Positions 1 through 7,415 of a stretch of DNA of 64,000 nt are shown here, one piece after another (the first letter of the stretch is position 1; each line of letters starts with the position of its first letter). The notes under the pieces were generated by a model. That model was given only the letters and a program-made list of their open reading frames with translations, was not told where the DNA came from and made no database searches. Both the position numbers and the translations under genes were made by a program. The DNA comes from Patescibacteria group bacterium (GTDB lineage Bacteria; Patescibacteriota; Microgenomatia; UM-FILTER-40-11). The DNA lies in assembly GCA_035530075.1 (NCBI GenBank), contig DATKVM010000002.1, forward strand, positions 103,348 through 167,347, in the 5' to 3' direction.

Positions 1-63
1 GCCGGTTGACTGGGCCACCCCGCCTAAGGTTTCAAAAACATCAGAAACTACTTGTTTCGGCAT
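1..63 (-). CDS. 5' end of an unidentified CDS running off the window (MPKQVVSDVFETLGGVAQST...)
   Basis: ATG at 63..61 on the minus strand opens a frame with no stop before the window edge. Only 21 codons are visible and no family could be recognised. Confidence 0.25.
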   Translation of the reverse strand, partial: MPKQVVSDVFETLGGVAQSTG

Positions 64-80
64 ATTTTATCTAGAAACTA

Positions 81-704
81 TTATACCCCGTAGTCTCTCC
101 TTCCTTCCAGCGCCCGCTGCAAAGTCACCTCATCCGCATACTCGACATCCCCGCCAATTGGCAGTCCATGGGCCAGCCGGGTAATCTTGAACTTTGAACC
201 ATGAACCATAAGCTCGCGAAGTTCCTTCGCAATAAACATTGCTGTCGCCTCCCCTTCCATATTAGAATTAGTGGCAAGAATGATTTCACGGATTTCAAGC
301 GGATTTCTGTGGATCCGGCTAATTAACTCTCTTATTTTAATCTCATCCGGACCAATGTTATTTAAAGGAGAGATAGCGCCATGAAGTACATGATAAACGC
401 CATTAAAGCGACCTCCCCGCTCAAAAGCCAAGACATCCAAGGGCTGCTCCACCACGCAAATAATTCCATGGTCGCGGTTTTGAGAAGCACAAAGCGGGCA
501 AGGGTCAGTTTCCGCCACATTAAAACAGAGAGAGCACATAACGGTATTTTTCTTTAGATTGGCCAAAGCAGCCGCAAAATCATCCAGCATTGCCTGGGGA
601 ACATGAAGCAAATAAAAAGTCAACCGTTGGGCGGTTTTCGGACCAATGCCGGGCAGTCTCTCAAACGCTTCGGTTAAATTCTTAATCGCTCTGGGTATCT
701 GCAT
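81..704 (-). CDS. recR: Recombination protein RecR
   Basis: 207 aa. N-terminal HhH (LPGIGPKTAQRL), C4 zinc finger (CSLC...CPLC) and a Toprim/Walker-like region (ILATNSNMEGEATAMFIA). Typical RecR length. Confidence 0.9.
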   Translation of the reverse strand: MQIPRAIKNLTEAFERLPGIGPKTAQRLTFYLLHVPQAMLDDFAAALANLKKNTVMCSLCFNVAETDPCPLCASQNRDHGIICVVEQPLDVLAFERGGRFNGVYHVLHGAISPLNNIGPDEIKIRELISRIHRNPLEIREIILATNSNMEGEATAMFIAKELRELMVHGSKFKITRLAHGLPIGGDVEYADEVTLQRALEGRRDYGV

Positions 705-807
705 AACAAGCTATTTTACTCTAATCAAGGCTGAATTTGAAGCCTTATTTTACCCTAAACGAAGCTGGAATTGAAGAGTTTCCTTAAAGAATTAAGGAAG
801 CCTTTAC

Positions 808-858
808 TCTCCTCCTAAAAGTCCTTGAAGTCCCCCGGACATTTCCTGCAGTTTTATT
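808..858. repeat. Degenerate direct-repeat copy of the ybaB 3' end; the pseudo-copy encodes ...LQEMSGGLQGLLGGE*
   Basis: About 48 bp, around 90% identical to 1673..1722 (ctcc.cctaaaag.ccttgaagtcccccggacatttc.tg.agtttt). Lies in the intergenic region between recR and the 945..1655 gene. Confidence 0.6.
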
Positions 859-944
859 TCTGCAAAGTCTCTCCTTATAAAATCACTCATTCGCAATTTT
901 GACTTATATGCTATAATGCTCACAAATATTGCTAAATATTTTCT

Positions 945-1655
945 ATGAGTTGGTTAGAAAGATTCCTAAGAGCCAAAAGAACAAAAGAAGAACAGGCAGT
1001 CGCGGCACAAGAATCTGCTCAATCACTTTCAAAGACTCAAGAAAAAGAAGAGACGGACTTTCTCATCAGATGGATCAGAGAACAGGTTAAACCTCTATTT
1101 GATACGTGGGAAAGACTGGGTTTAGATAATATTTTAAATGATATCCGAGATCATATTTGGCCCGAAGCGCCAATAGAAGCTTCCTATAGTCTCTTTGAGG
1201 GGGAAAATCAAGTTGTTAATCCTTCCTCATTAGCTGATCTACAAAGGGTTACCTCCATCGTTGTCTCTGGCCAAATATGCGGTGTTAGTACACACATTGA
1301 GCATTACTTAGATGGCGATGAAGATACTTCACAAACAACCTTCCCTGTTTTTTCTATCGAATTAATTAAAAATCGGGGAATAATTTCAGTGAGAAGCTCA
1401 CTAAGTCCAGAAATGGAAGTTAAAACCCAGGCAGGGGAAACTAAAAGAGAATTGCAGCGAGCACTTGACGAAGCCTTAACAGAAAAATACATTACCAACG
1501 GAAGACTCCCCAATATCAAAGATTATTCTCGTGTTTCACTAAGTGGTGCTGGATTTGCCCCATTTCCAACTATTGATCCTTCTGTACAAGAAAAAGTAGA
1601 CGAGGCATTGGGCATAATAAAGATTCGTGAATATAGAAGTAAAGCGAAACAGTAA
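945..1655 (+). CDS. Hypothetical protein with no recognisable domain, inserted between ybaB and recR on the opposite strand
   Basis: 236-aa ORF filling the gap, with a charged, helical-looking N-terminus. Bounded by the duplicated ybaB 3'-end repeats. Confidence 0.45.
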   Translation: MSWLERFLRAKRTKEEQAVAAQESAQSLSKTQEKEETDFLIRWIREQVKPLFDTWERLGLDNILNDIRDHIWPEAPIEASYSLFEGENQVVNPSSLADLQRVTSIVVSGQICGVSTHIEHYLDGDEDTSQTTFPVFSIELIKNRGIISVRSSLSPEMEVKTQAGETKRELQRALDEALTEKYITNGRLPNIKDYSRVSLSGAGFAPFPTIDPSVQEKVDEALGIIKIREYRSKAKQ

Positions 1656-1658
1656 AGC

Positions 1659-1940
1659 TTATTCTCCACCTAAAAGCCCTTGAAGTCCCCCGGACATTTC
1701 TTGAAGTTTTTTGGCCGCTGTTTCTTGCGACTGTTTTATCGCTTTATTGAGTTTATCTTTAATTAAATCGTTTTTAATGCCCTGGATTTCAAATTCCAAA
1801 ATTTTCTGGTCACCGGAAATGACAATATGGACCCCGTCTTCATCAAGCTCAATTTTTTCCTGACTAAGCTGTTTTTGAATCGCCATGGCCTGATCCCGCA
1901 TCTTTTTCAAATCTCCTAAAGATTTAAATGGATTATTCAT
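1659..1940 (-). CDS. ybaB: Nucleoid-associated protein YbaB/EbfC
   Basis: 93 aa with the family-typical sequence (GDLKKMRDQAMAIQKQL...VISGDQKILEFEI...KDKL). Sits in the canonical dnaX-ybaB-recR context. Confidence 0.85.
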   Translation of the reverse strand: MNNPFKSLGDLKKMRDQAMAIQKQLSQEKIELDEDGVHIVISGDQKILEFEIQGIKNDLIKDKLNKAIKQSQETAAKKLQEMSGGLQGLLGGE

Positions 1941-3556
1941 TGAACCGTTTCTCCTTCCTTGTTAAAAATTTCTTCGGCGAACTTAATTATATCATCGTCC
2001 TTCCCTTCTGCAACTTTCATCGTCTTTCCCGGTTTAGCCAAATTGACTTCCGATGGAAAATTATCCAAAACCGGCAATGGTTTTACCGGCCGTGAGGCCT
2101 CACTTAAACTGCATTTCAGCTTAATCGGCACCCCTAAAACCTCGCTGGCCACTTTTTCAAAAATCCGGCGGCATTTTTCCGACTCCAATTGATCTTTATG
2201 AAATTTATAAAAGACTTCCAGCATTAGAAAACCACCATCAATTGCCAGCGGCCGGCAAGCTTTTAAAAAGGCTTGAACCGAGTGATTAAGAGGTTTAACT
2301 TTTCCCAAGATTTCCGGCCATTTAACCAAAACACTCTCTAATGTTAATAAGGGCGAAGCCGCACTGGCGGGAATTCTTTCTCCATCAGGTTTTTCTTCCG
2401 CCTTTGCCAAAGCTCCCTTCGGGGAATTCCTGCTCTGGGAATCATTACTTTCATCCCCCGAGAGACTGCCCCGGCCGGACGGGTTGGCCAGGGAAGACCA
2501 TTCAACTACTGCCATTTCCAAAGGCAACGAAGGGATAACTGCCTGACGCAACTCTTGATAAGCGGTATTAAAAAGACTGATAAGCTGGCGAATTTCTTCT
2601 CGGCTAAAACTAAATTTCATTTCTCCTTCATCATCGACCCCAAAATCCGCCAAAAGCAAAGCTCTTAATTTCTCCAGCAATTCTTCCGTTAGGATTTTTA
2701 AATTGGCTCCTTGTTCGGTTGCTCGGCCCAGCCAAAGGAGGGCTTCTTTAATCCCCCCTTCTTCTAATAATTTCAAGAATTCTTCAACTTTAAATTCGGC
2801 TAAAATGCCGGCAGTATTTTTGACTTCCTCCTCAGTTATCTTACCGGCCAGCGCCGCTCTTTCCAAAATCTTAATAGCGTCACGAAAACTCCCGTCCGCG
2901 AGTTTGGCAATCGTCGCCAAAGCCTTTTCTTCATAGTCCAATTTCTCCTCCTCGCATATCTTTTTTAATCTCTCGACGATTTCCGGCCGGTTTGCCCGTT
3001 TAAAATTTATCTGCTGACAACGGGAAACAATCGTTTTGGGGAGTTTCTCCGGATCAGTAGTGCAAATAATAAAAAGAGCGTGAGCCGGCGGTTCTTCCAA
3101 AGTCTTTAAAAGAGCGTTAAAGGCTTCGGTCGTTAGCATATGGACTTCATCAATAATATAGACCTTATATTTTGCCCTCGCCGGCGCCAGCCTAATTTTT
3201 TCCCGCAGTTCTTTAATATCGTCAATTCCCCGGTTACTGGCGGCATCAATCTCTAAAACATCAATATTTGTTCCGTTGGTTATCGAAATACAAGAATCGC
3301 ACTGGTTACACGGCTCAAAGGTCTTCTCTCCCTGTGATACTTTTGATGCTTCTGATACCTTTGATACCTTCTCACAGTTCACTGCTTTCGCCACAATTCT
3401 GGCCGCTGAAGTTTTACCAATCCCCCGGGGGCCAGTGAATAAAAAGGCATGAGGAAACTGGCTGGAGCGGAAAATCTTAATCAGTTCCTCTCTAACAGCG
3501 CTACTGTCCAGTTCCTGGAAACTCTGAGGCCGGTATTTGAGATATAGAGTCGTCAC
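1937..3556 (-). CDS. dnaX: DNA polymerase III subunit gamma/tau
   Basis: N-terminal YRPQSF, Walker A GPRGIGKTS, DExx IIDEVHML, SRC motif and a zinc-module (CEK...CNQCDSC). The zinc module is interrupted by a KVSKVSEASKVSQ low-complexity insert encoded by a GATACNTTT repeat. Confidence 0.9.
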   Translation of the reverse strand: MTTLYLKYRPQSFQELDSSAVREELIKIFRSSQFPHAFLFTGPRGIGKTSAARIVAKAVNCEKVSKVSEASKVSQGEKTFEPCNQCDSCISITNGTNIDVLEIDAASNRGIDDIKELREKIRLAPARAKYKVYIIDEVHMLTTEAFNALLKTLEEPPAHALFIICTTDPEKLPKTIVSRCQQINFKRANRPEIVERLKKICEEEKLDYEEKALATIAKLADGSFRDAIKILERAALAGKITEEEVKNTAGILAEFKVEEFLKLLEEGGIKEALLWLGRATEQGANLKILTEELLEKLRALLLADFGVDDEGEMKFSFSREEIRQLISLFNTAYQELRQAVIPSLPLEMAVVEWSSLANPSGRGSLSGDESNDSQSRNSPKGALAKAEEKPDGERIPASAASPLLTLESVLVKWPEILGKVKPLNHSVQAFLKACRPLAIDGGFLMLEVFYKFHKDQLESEKCRRIFEKVASEVLGVPIKLKCSLSEASRPVKPLPVLDNFPSEVNLAKPGKTMKVAEGKDDDIIKFAEEIFNKEGETVQ

Positions 3557-3920
3557 TTTGATGTTTACCCAATAAATTACTTAAGCCATGAATAAGAAGC
3601 TTGTCAATCGCCTCATCCATGGACAAATTATCCTCTTGAGCAATTAACCGCGCTTCCGGATAAGAAATAACAATGTCTCCAATTCGCAATATTCCGCTAA
3701 TATCGCGCGGCTCTTCAAGAGCAAAGGTTAAAACCGTCGTCGGTTCGTCCAAGTTGCGCCATTTCCGGTTCAAACTCCGAATTTTTCGCGAACCAACGAT
3801 GGCAACTGAAATCTCCGCGTCTTCAATCGCTAAACTTTTAAGGTAATTCAGAACCGTCTTTTTAATCCGAGGGCGGCTCACCGGATAACGCGACTCTGAA
3901 GAGATTAAAACGAAATTCAT
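3501..3920 (-). CDS. ybeY: YbeY-like endoribonuclease with a non-canonical metal site
   Basis: AEISVAIVGSRKIRSLNRKWRNLDEPTTVLTFALEE and IGDIVISYP align to YbeY. The His triad region reads IHGLSNLLGKHQ instead of HGxLHLxGYDH. The 3' end overlaps the dnaX start by 56 nt. Confidence 0.55.
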   Translation of the reverse strand: MNFVLISSESRYPVSRPRIKKTVLNYLKSLAIEDAEISVAIVGSRKIRSLNRKWRNLDEPTTVLTFALEEPRDISGILRIGDIVISYPEARLIAQEDNLSMDEAIDKLLIHGLSNLLGKHQSDDSISQIPASEFPGTGQ

Positions 3921-4052
3921 GGTTGGGTGTCAACTATAAATTTTTACTAACAAAGTATATCAGTCATTTTTTAAGAGATTGTTTCTTGTTCAATTGTTCT
4001 TTCCCCACCTTTCCAAGATCAAGCAACAAAACCATGAAGCAATGAAGCAATG

Positions 4053-4493
4053 TTAACCAAGAACTTCTTTAACCACCCGACTAACCGTGTTTCCCTCTGC
4101 TTTGCCTTTTAATCTCGCCATTGCCATCCCCATTACTTTACCGAAGTTGTTTTGATCGGTTTCGGGCAAATTGCTCCTCACTTCTTCGACAATTTTTCGA
4201 ATCTCATCTTCTGAAAGCTGCTGGGGAAGAAAGTTGCTCAAAACTTGCAGTTCTACTCTCTCTTTTGCGGCTAATTCTTCTCGCCCTCCTTTTTCAAAAG
4301 CGGCAATTGATTCTCGTCTTTGCTTAATTAACCGCTGGGCAATCGCCATTACTTCTTCATCGCTTAACGGCTCTTGCTTGGCAATCTCTTCGTTCTGAAT
4401 CGCCGCCAAAAAAAGCCTTAAAGCCGACAAACGAAGAGCCTCGCCGCTTTTTAAGGCTTCTTTTATTCCCCGCTCAATTTCCTGTCTTAACAT
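4053..4493 (-). CDS. GatB/YqeY domain protein
   Basis: 146 aa with characteristic YqeY sequence (LRLFLAAIQN...EEVMAIAQRLIKQRRESI...QQLSEDEIRKIVEEV...GKVMGMAMARLKGKAEG). Confidence 0.8.
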   Translation of the reverse strand: MLRQEIERGIKEALKSGEALRLSALRLFLAAIQNEEIAKQEPLSDEEVMAIAQRLIKQRRESIAAFEKGGREELAAKERVELQVLSNFLPQQLSEDEIRKIVEEVRSNLPETDQNNFGKVMGMAMARLKGKAEGNTVSRVVKEVLG

Positions 4494-4498
4494 CAGAA

Positions 4499-4675
4499 TT
4501 ACTTTCGCCCCTTTTTTATTCTTTTCATTTTCTCGTACTTGGCGCGGGAGGGCTTAATGTAAAACTCTCGTTTTTTCAGCTCCCCCAAAATATCGTCGGC
4601 CAAAACTTTTTTGCGAAATTGAGCAATAAGCTGATCTTCGGTTTGACCCGGTTGCTTTTTGACAATGGTAGCCAT
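4499..4675 (-). CDS. rpsU: 30S ribosomal protein S21
   Basis: 58-aa ORF missed by the ORF track (MATIVKKQPGQTEDQLIAQFRKKVLADDILGELKKREFYIKPSRAKYEKMKRIKKGRK). Carries the REFYxKPS signature of bS21. Confidence 0.7.
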   Translation of the reverse strand: MATIVKKQPGQTEDQLIAQFRKKVLADDILGELKKREFYIKPSRAKYEKMKRIKKGRK

Positions 4676-4809
4676 AATGATTTAAAAACACACCCCCTCC
4701 CTCATGAAAGGAAACCTATGGTTTTCTTTCAAAAACTTTCCAAATTTGTTATTTTTGCGATCTTCGAACGGATCGCCGCAAAAATTAATTAGTAATCTTT
4801 TTAAAAAAC

Positions 4810-5829
4810 TCACGTTTCTTGCCGAATGTACTTCCTTGCTGTTTCTAAAACTCTTTTTTCGGCTTCCTCAAGCGGCATTTTTAGAGAAAATCCGGCCGCT
4901 TGCTTATGTCCGCCGCCACTTAATTCAACGGCAATCTTGGAAACATCAAAATTATCTCGAGAGCGCAAACTCCCGCGAGTTAGATTTTCTGACTCTTCGT
5001 TAAGAATTATACCAAATTCTGTCCCTAAAATAATAGGGGCAAAGAGACTGGCCGCGCCTTCAATTTCCGTTGAGTAAACACCTAGCTCTTCGCATTCCTC
5101 CCGGCTTATTTTTGACCAGGCAAATTTTCTGCTTTCATCTAATTGTAAATTCTCCAAAATCTTGCCCCAATACTTTAAAGTCTTCAAACTGTAGGAACGA
5201 AAATCTCGCAAAACACAATTATCTAAAGAAGCGCCTTTCTCAATTAGGTCAGCAGCCACCCGGAGAGTGGTAACCGAAGTGTTCGCATACTGAAAACAGC
5301 CAGTATCAGCAAAAATCCCCCGGAAAAGTAATTCCGAGAGCTTCCGGTCAACTTTAATTTGCCAAAGCTCAAAAAGATGATAAAGAATCTCGGTGGTTGA
5401 GCTAATTAGCGCCACCAAATTAATCCGGCCGAACCGGGTGTTGGAAAAATGATGGTCAATATTAATAATCTTAAATTGCCGCGGCAATTTGCTAGGAAAA
5501 GCACTGCGAGTAACCATTTTTTTGGCTGCCATATCCAAGGCAATAAAAAGGTCAAATTGCTTCAAATCAAGCCGAGCAAAATCCCCAGACTCCACTTTAC
5601 CAATTTCTGGCCAATCAAGCAGTCTAGGTGGAATTTGGCTATAAGAAATAATGGTTGTTTTCTTCCCTAACCGACGAAGAACCAAATCCATGGCCAAAAC
5701 CGAAGCGGCACTGTCAGGATCCGGAGAAACATGAAGGGCCAAGAGAATCTTCTTAGCCTTTTTAATTTCGGATAAAATTTCGGCTGCTTTAGGGCACAGT
5801 CCTGAGCTTGTCGAAGGATTAATAATCAC
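4810..5829 (-). CDS. DHH-family phosphoesterase (NrnA-like oligoribonuclease / pAp phosphatase)
   Basis: DHH motifs present (HVSPDPDSAAS, NIDHHFSN) and a DHHA1-like C-terminus with GGGHKQAAG. Confidence 0.75.
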   Translation of the reverse strand: MIINPSTSSGLCPKAAEILSEIKKAKKILLALHVSPDPDSAASVLAMDLVLRRLGKKTTIISYSQIPPRLLDWPEIGKVESGDFARLDLKQFDLFIALDMAAKKMVTRSAFPSKLPRQFKIINIDHHFSNTRFGRINLVALISSTTEILYHLFELWQIKVDRKLSELLFRGIFADTGCFQYANTSVTTLRVAADLIEKGASLDNCVLRDFRSYSLKTLKYWGKILENLQLDESRKFAWSKISREECEELGVYSTEIEGAASLFAPIILGTEFGIILNEESENLTRGSLRSRDNFDVSKIAVELSGGGHKQAAGFSLKMPLEEAEKRVLETARKYIRQET

Positions 5830-5857
5830 AATGCTATTTTACCACAAAAGCTATGGG

Positions 5858-7006
5858 TTAGCGGCGAACCAAGCGCAAGATGTCGTTGACGGTAATAAGA
5901 AGCATCAGGGCCAATAAAAAAGCCATGCCGGCGGTATTGACCCAAGACTCCACTTTAGGATTGGCCTTCTTTTTGGTCACCGCTTCATAACCCAAGAAAA
6001 TTAACCGTCCGCCGTCCAGCGCCGGTAAAGGAAGAATATTAATAATGGCCAAATTGACGGATAAAATCCCTAGAAATTGCAAAACCGCCAGGGCCCCATT
6101 TTTAGTCGCCTCGCTGGTAATTTGGAAAATCCCTACCGGCCCGGCAATGTCTTTCGGGACTTGACCTTTCGCGACCAAAGTCACTACCGTATTTTTTAGT
6201 CCCCCTAGAATCATCCCGCCCCAAGAAAGCGATTCTTTAAAGCCTTCCCGAGCCCCCAAAAAAGGCATCTGCCACCAAGGATATTTTTTCATTTCCGTAT
6301 CGGAGATCGCCACTCCCAGAGGGCCCTCTCCCTCCGGCGGATTTTCCCGAGGAATTAAGGACACCAGTAAATTCCCGTCTTTACAGGTGATCGTTGCTTC
6401 TGTTGAAGCCATCCCTCCCAAGACTTGCTGGCTCTCTTGACAAGGATTATCCTTCTCGCGCTGAATTTCCAGCCGAACTGTCTTCCCAGCTTTCTCTTTA
6501 GATAGTCGCACAAACTCCTCTGTCTGGCTAATTTTTTGGCCGTCAAGAGCAATTACCCAGTCATCAAGTTTTAATCGTGCCATTTCCGCCGGCGAGTTTC
6601 TGGCAATGCCGACAACTTTAATTTTCCCTGTTTCGGTAGGAATACCATAAACAAAATAAAGAATCGAAAAAGCGGCAATTGCCAAAAGCAGGTTCATACT
6701 TACCCCGGCCAAAAGCACCGAAAGTCTTTGAAGCAAAGACTTTTCAAAATAAGCTCTACCCCTCGAAGTCTGCTCCTCGGCAGACGAAGTGGGGCCATCC
6801 TCCCCATACAATTTCACGAAACCACCGATAGGAAGTGCATTAATTGAGTAAATTGTTTCCCCTACCTTTTTCCCCCAAATCCGCGGCGGCAAACCAAAGC
6901 CAAATTCTTCGACCAAAATCCCGGCTTTTTTAGCCGCCAAAAAATGGCCCAGCTCATGAACAAAAACCAAAATGGAAAGAATTAAGACGAAGACGATCAA
7001 AGTCAT
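5858..7006 (-). CDS. rseP: RseP-like site-2 zinc metalloprotease (M50) with PDZ domain
   Basis: HELGHF HExxH motif in the first TM segment, a central PDZ region and an LDGG motif (PLPALDGGRL) near the C-terminus. Confidence 0.8.
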   Translation of the reverse strand: MTLIVFVLILSILVFVHELGHFLAAKKAGILVEEFGFGLPPRIWGKKVGETIYSINALPIGGFVKLYGEDGPTSSAEEQTSRGRAYFEKSLLQRLSVLLAGVSMNLLLAIAAFSILYFVYGIPTETGKIKVVGIARNSPAEMARLKLDDWVIALDGQKISQTEEFVRLSKEKAGKTVRLEIQREKDNPCQESQQVLGGMASTEATITCKDGNLLVSLIPRENPPEGEGPLGVAISDTEMKKYPWWQMPFLGAREGFKESLSWGGMILGGLKNTVVTLVAKGQVPKDIAGPVGIFQITSEATKNGALAVLQFLGILSVNLAIINILPLPALDGGRLIFLGYEAVTKKKANPKVESWVNTAGMAFLLALMLLITVNDILRLVRR

Positions 7007-7086
7007 GAGAGTAAGTATAACCCCTTGAAAGTCTTATGTCCATCGCGACGATAAGGTTTCGCCGGTATAAAGAAAGAGTTAAAGAA

Positions 7087-7407
7087 TTACTGGGTAGCTT
7101 TGTTTTTTTCTTCGTAATATTTATTCAAAAAGCCTTCGGCAAAAGTTGTCATTATCTCATCCATTACCGTATCGGCATTTTTTCCGCTCCTTTTGGCGAA
7201 AATCTCCCGGATCATTAAGTTTGCCTCTTCTGGCACAGTACACTTATCAATCGCCGCCAAATCCTCTTCCGTTAAATTGGCCATCATTTCGGCGTTGAAC
7301 TTAACCGCCGCCGCTTTTGAAATTTCAGCAAGAATCTGCTCTATTTGTTCTTCGGTGTGTCTCTCGTTCTTAAGAACTGCTACCACCTCTTCAAGTTTTG
7401 TATTCAT
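7087..7407 (-). CDS. Small acidic helical protein; paralog of the 30311..30616 product
   Basis: 106 aa, about 40% identical to the 30311..30616 product. Shared segments include L..LKNE...EE.I...L.EI.K and LTEEDL..I.KC.V.EEA. Lies immediately downstream of a coiled-coil paralog in both loci. Confidence 0.55.
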   Translation of the reverse strand: MNTKLEEVVAVLKNERHTEEQIEQILAEISKAAAVKFNAEMMANLTEEDLAAIDKCTVPEEANLMIREIFAKRSGKNADTVMDEIMTTFAEGFLNKYYEEKNKATQ

Positions 7408-7415
7408 ATTCCTCC

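Noticed and set aside
4704-5273. Plus-strand ORFs 4704..5003, 4826..5077 and 5070..5273
   Set aside because: Low-complexity products on the antisense strand of the well-supported DHH phosphoesterase gene. These are shadow ORFs.
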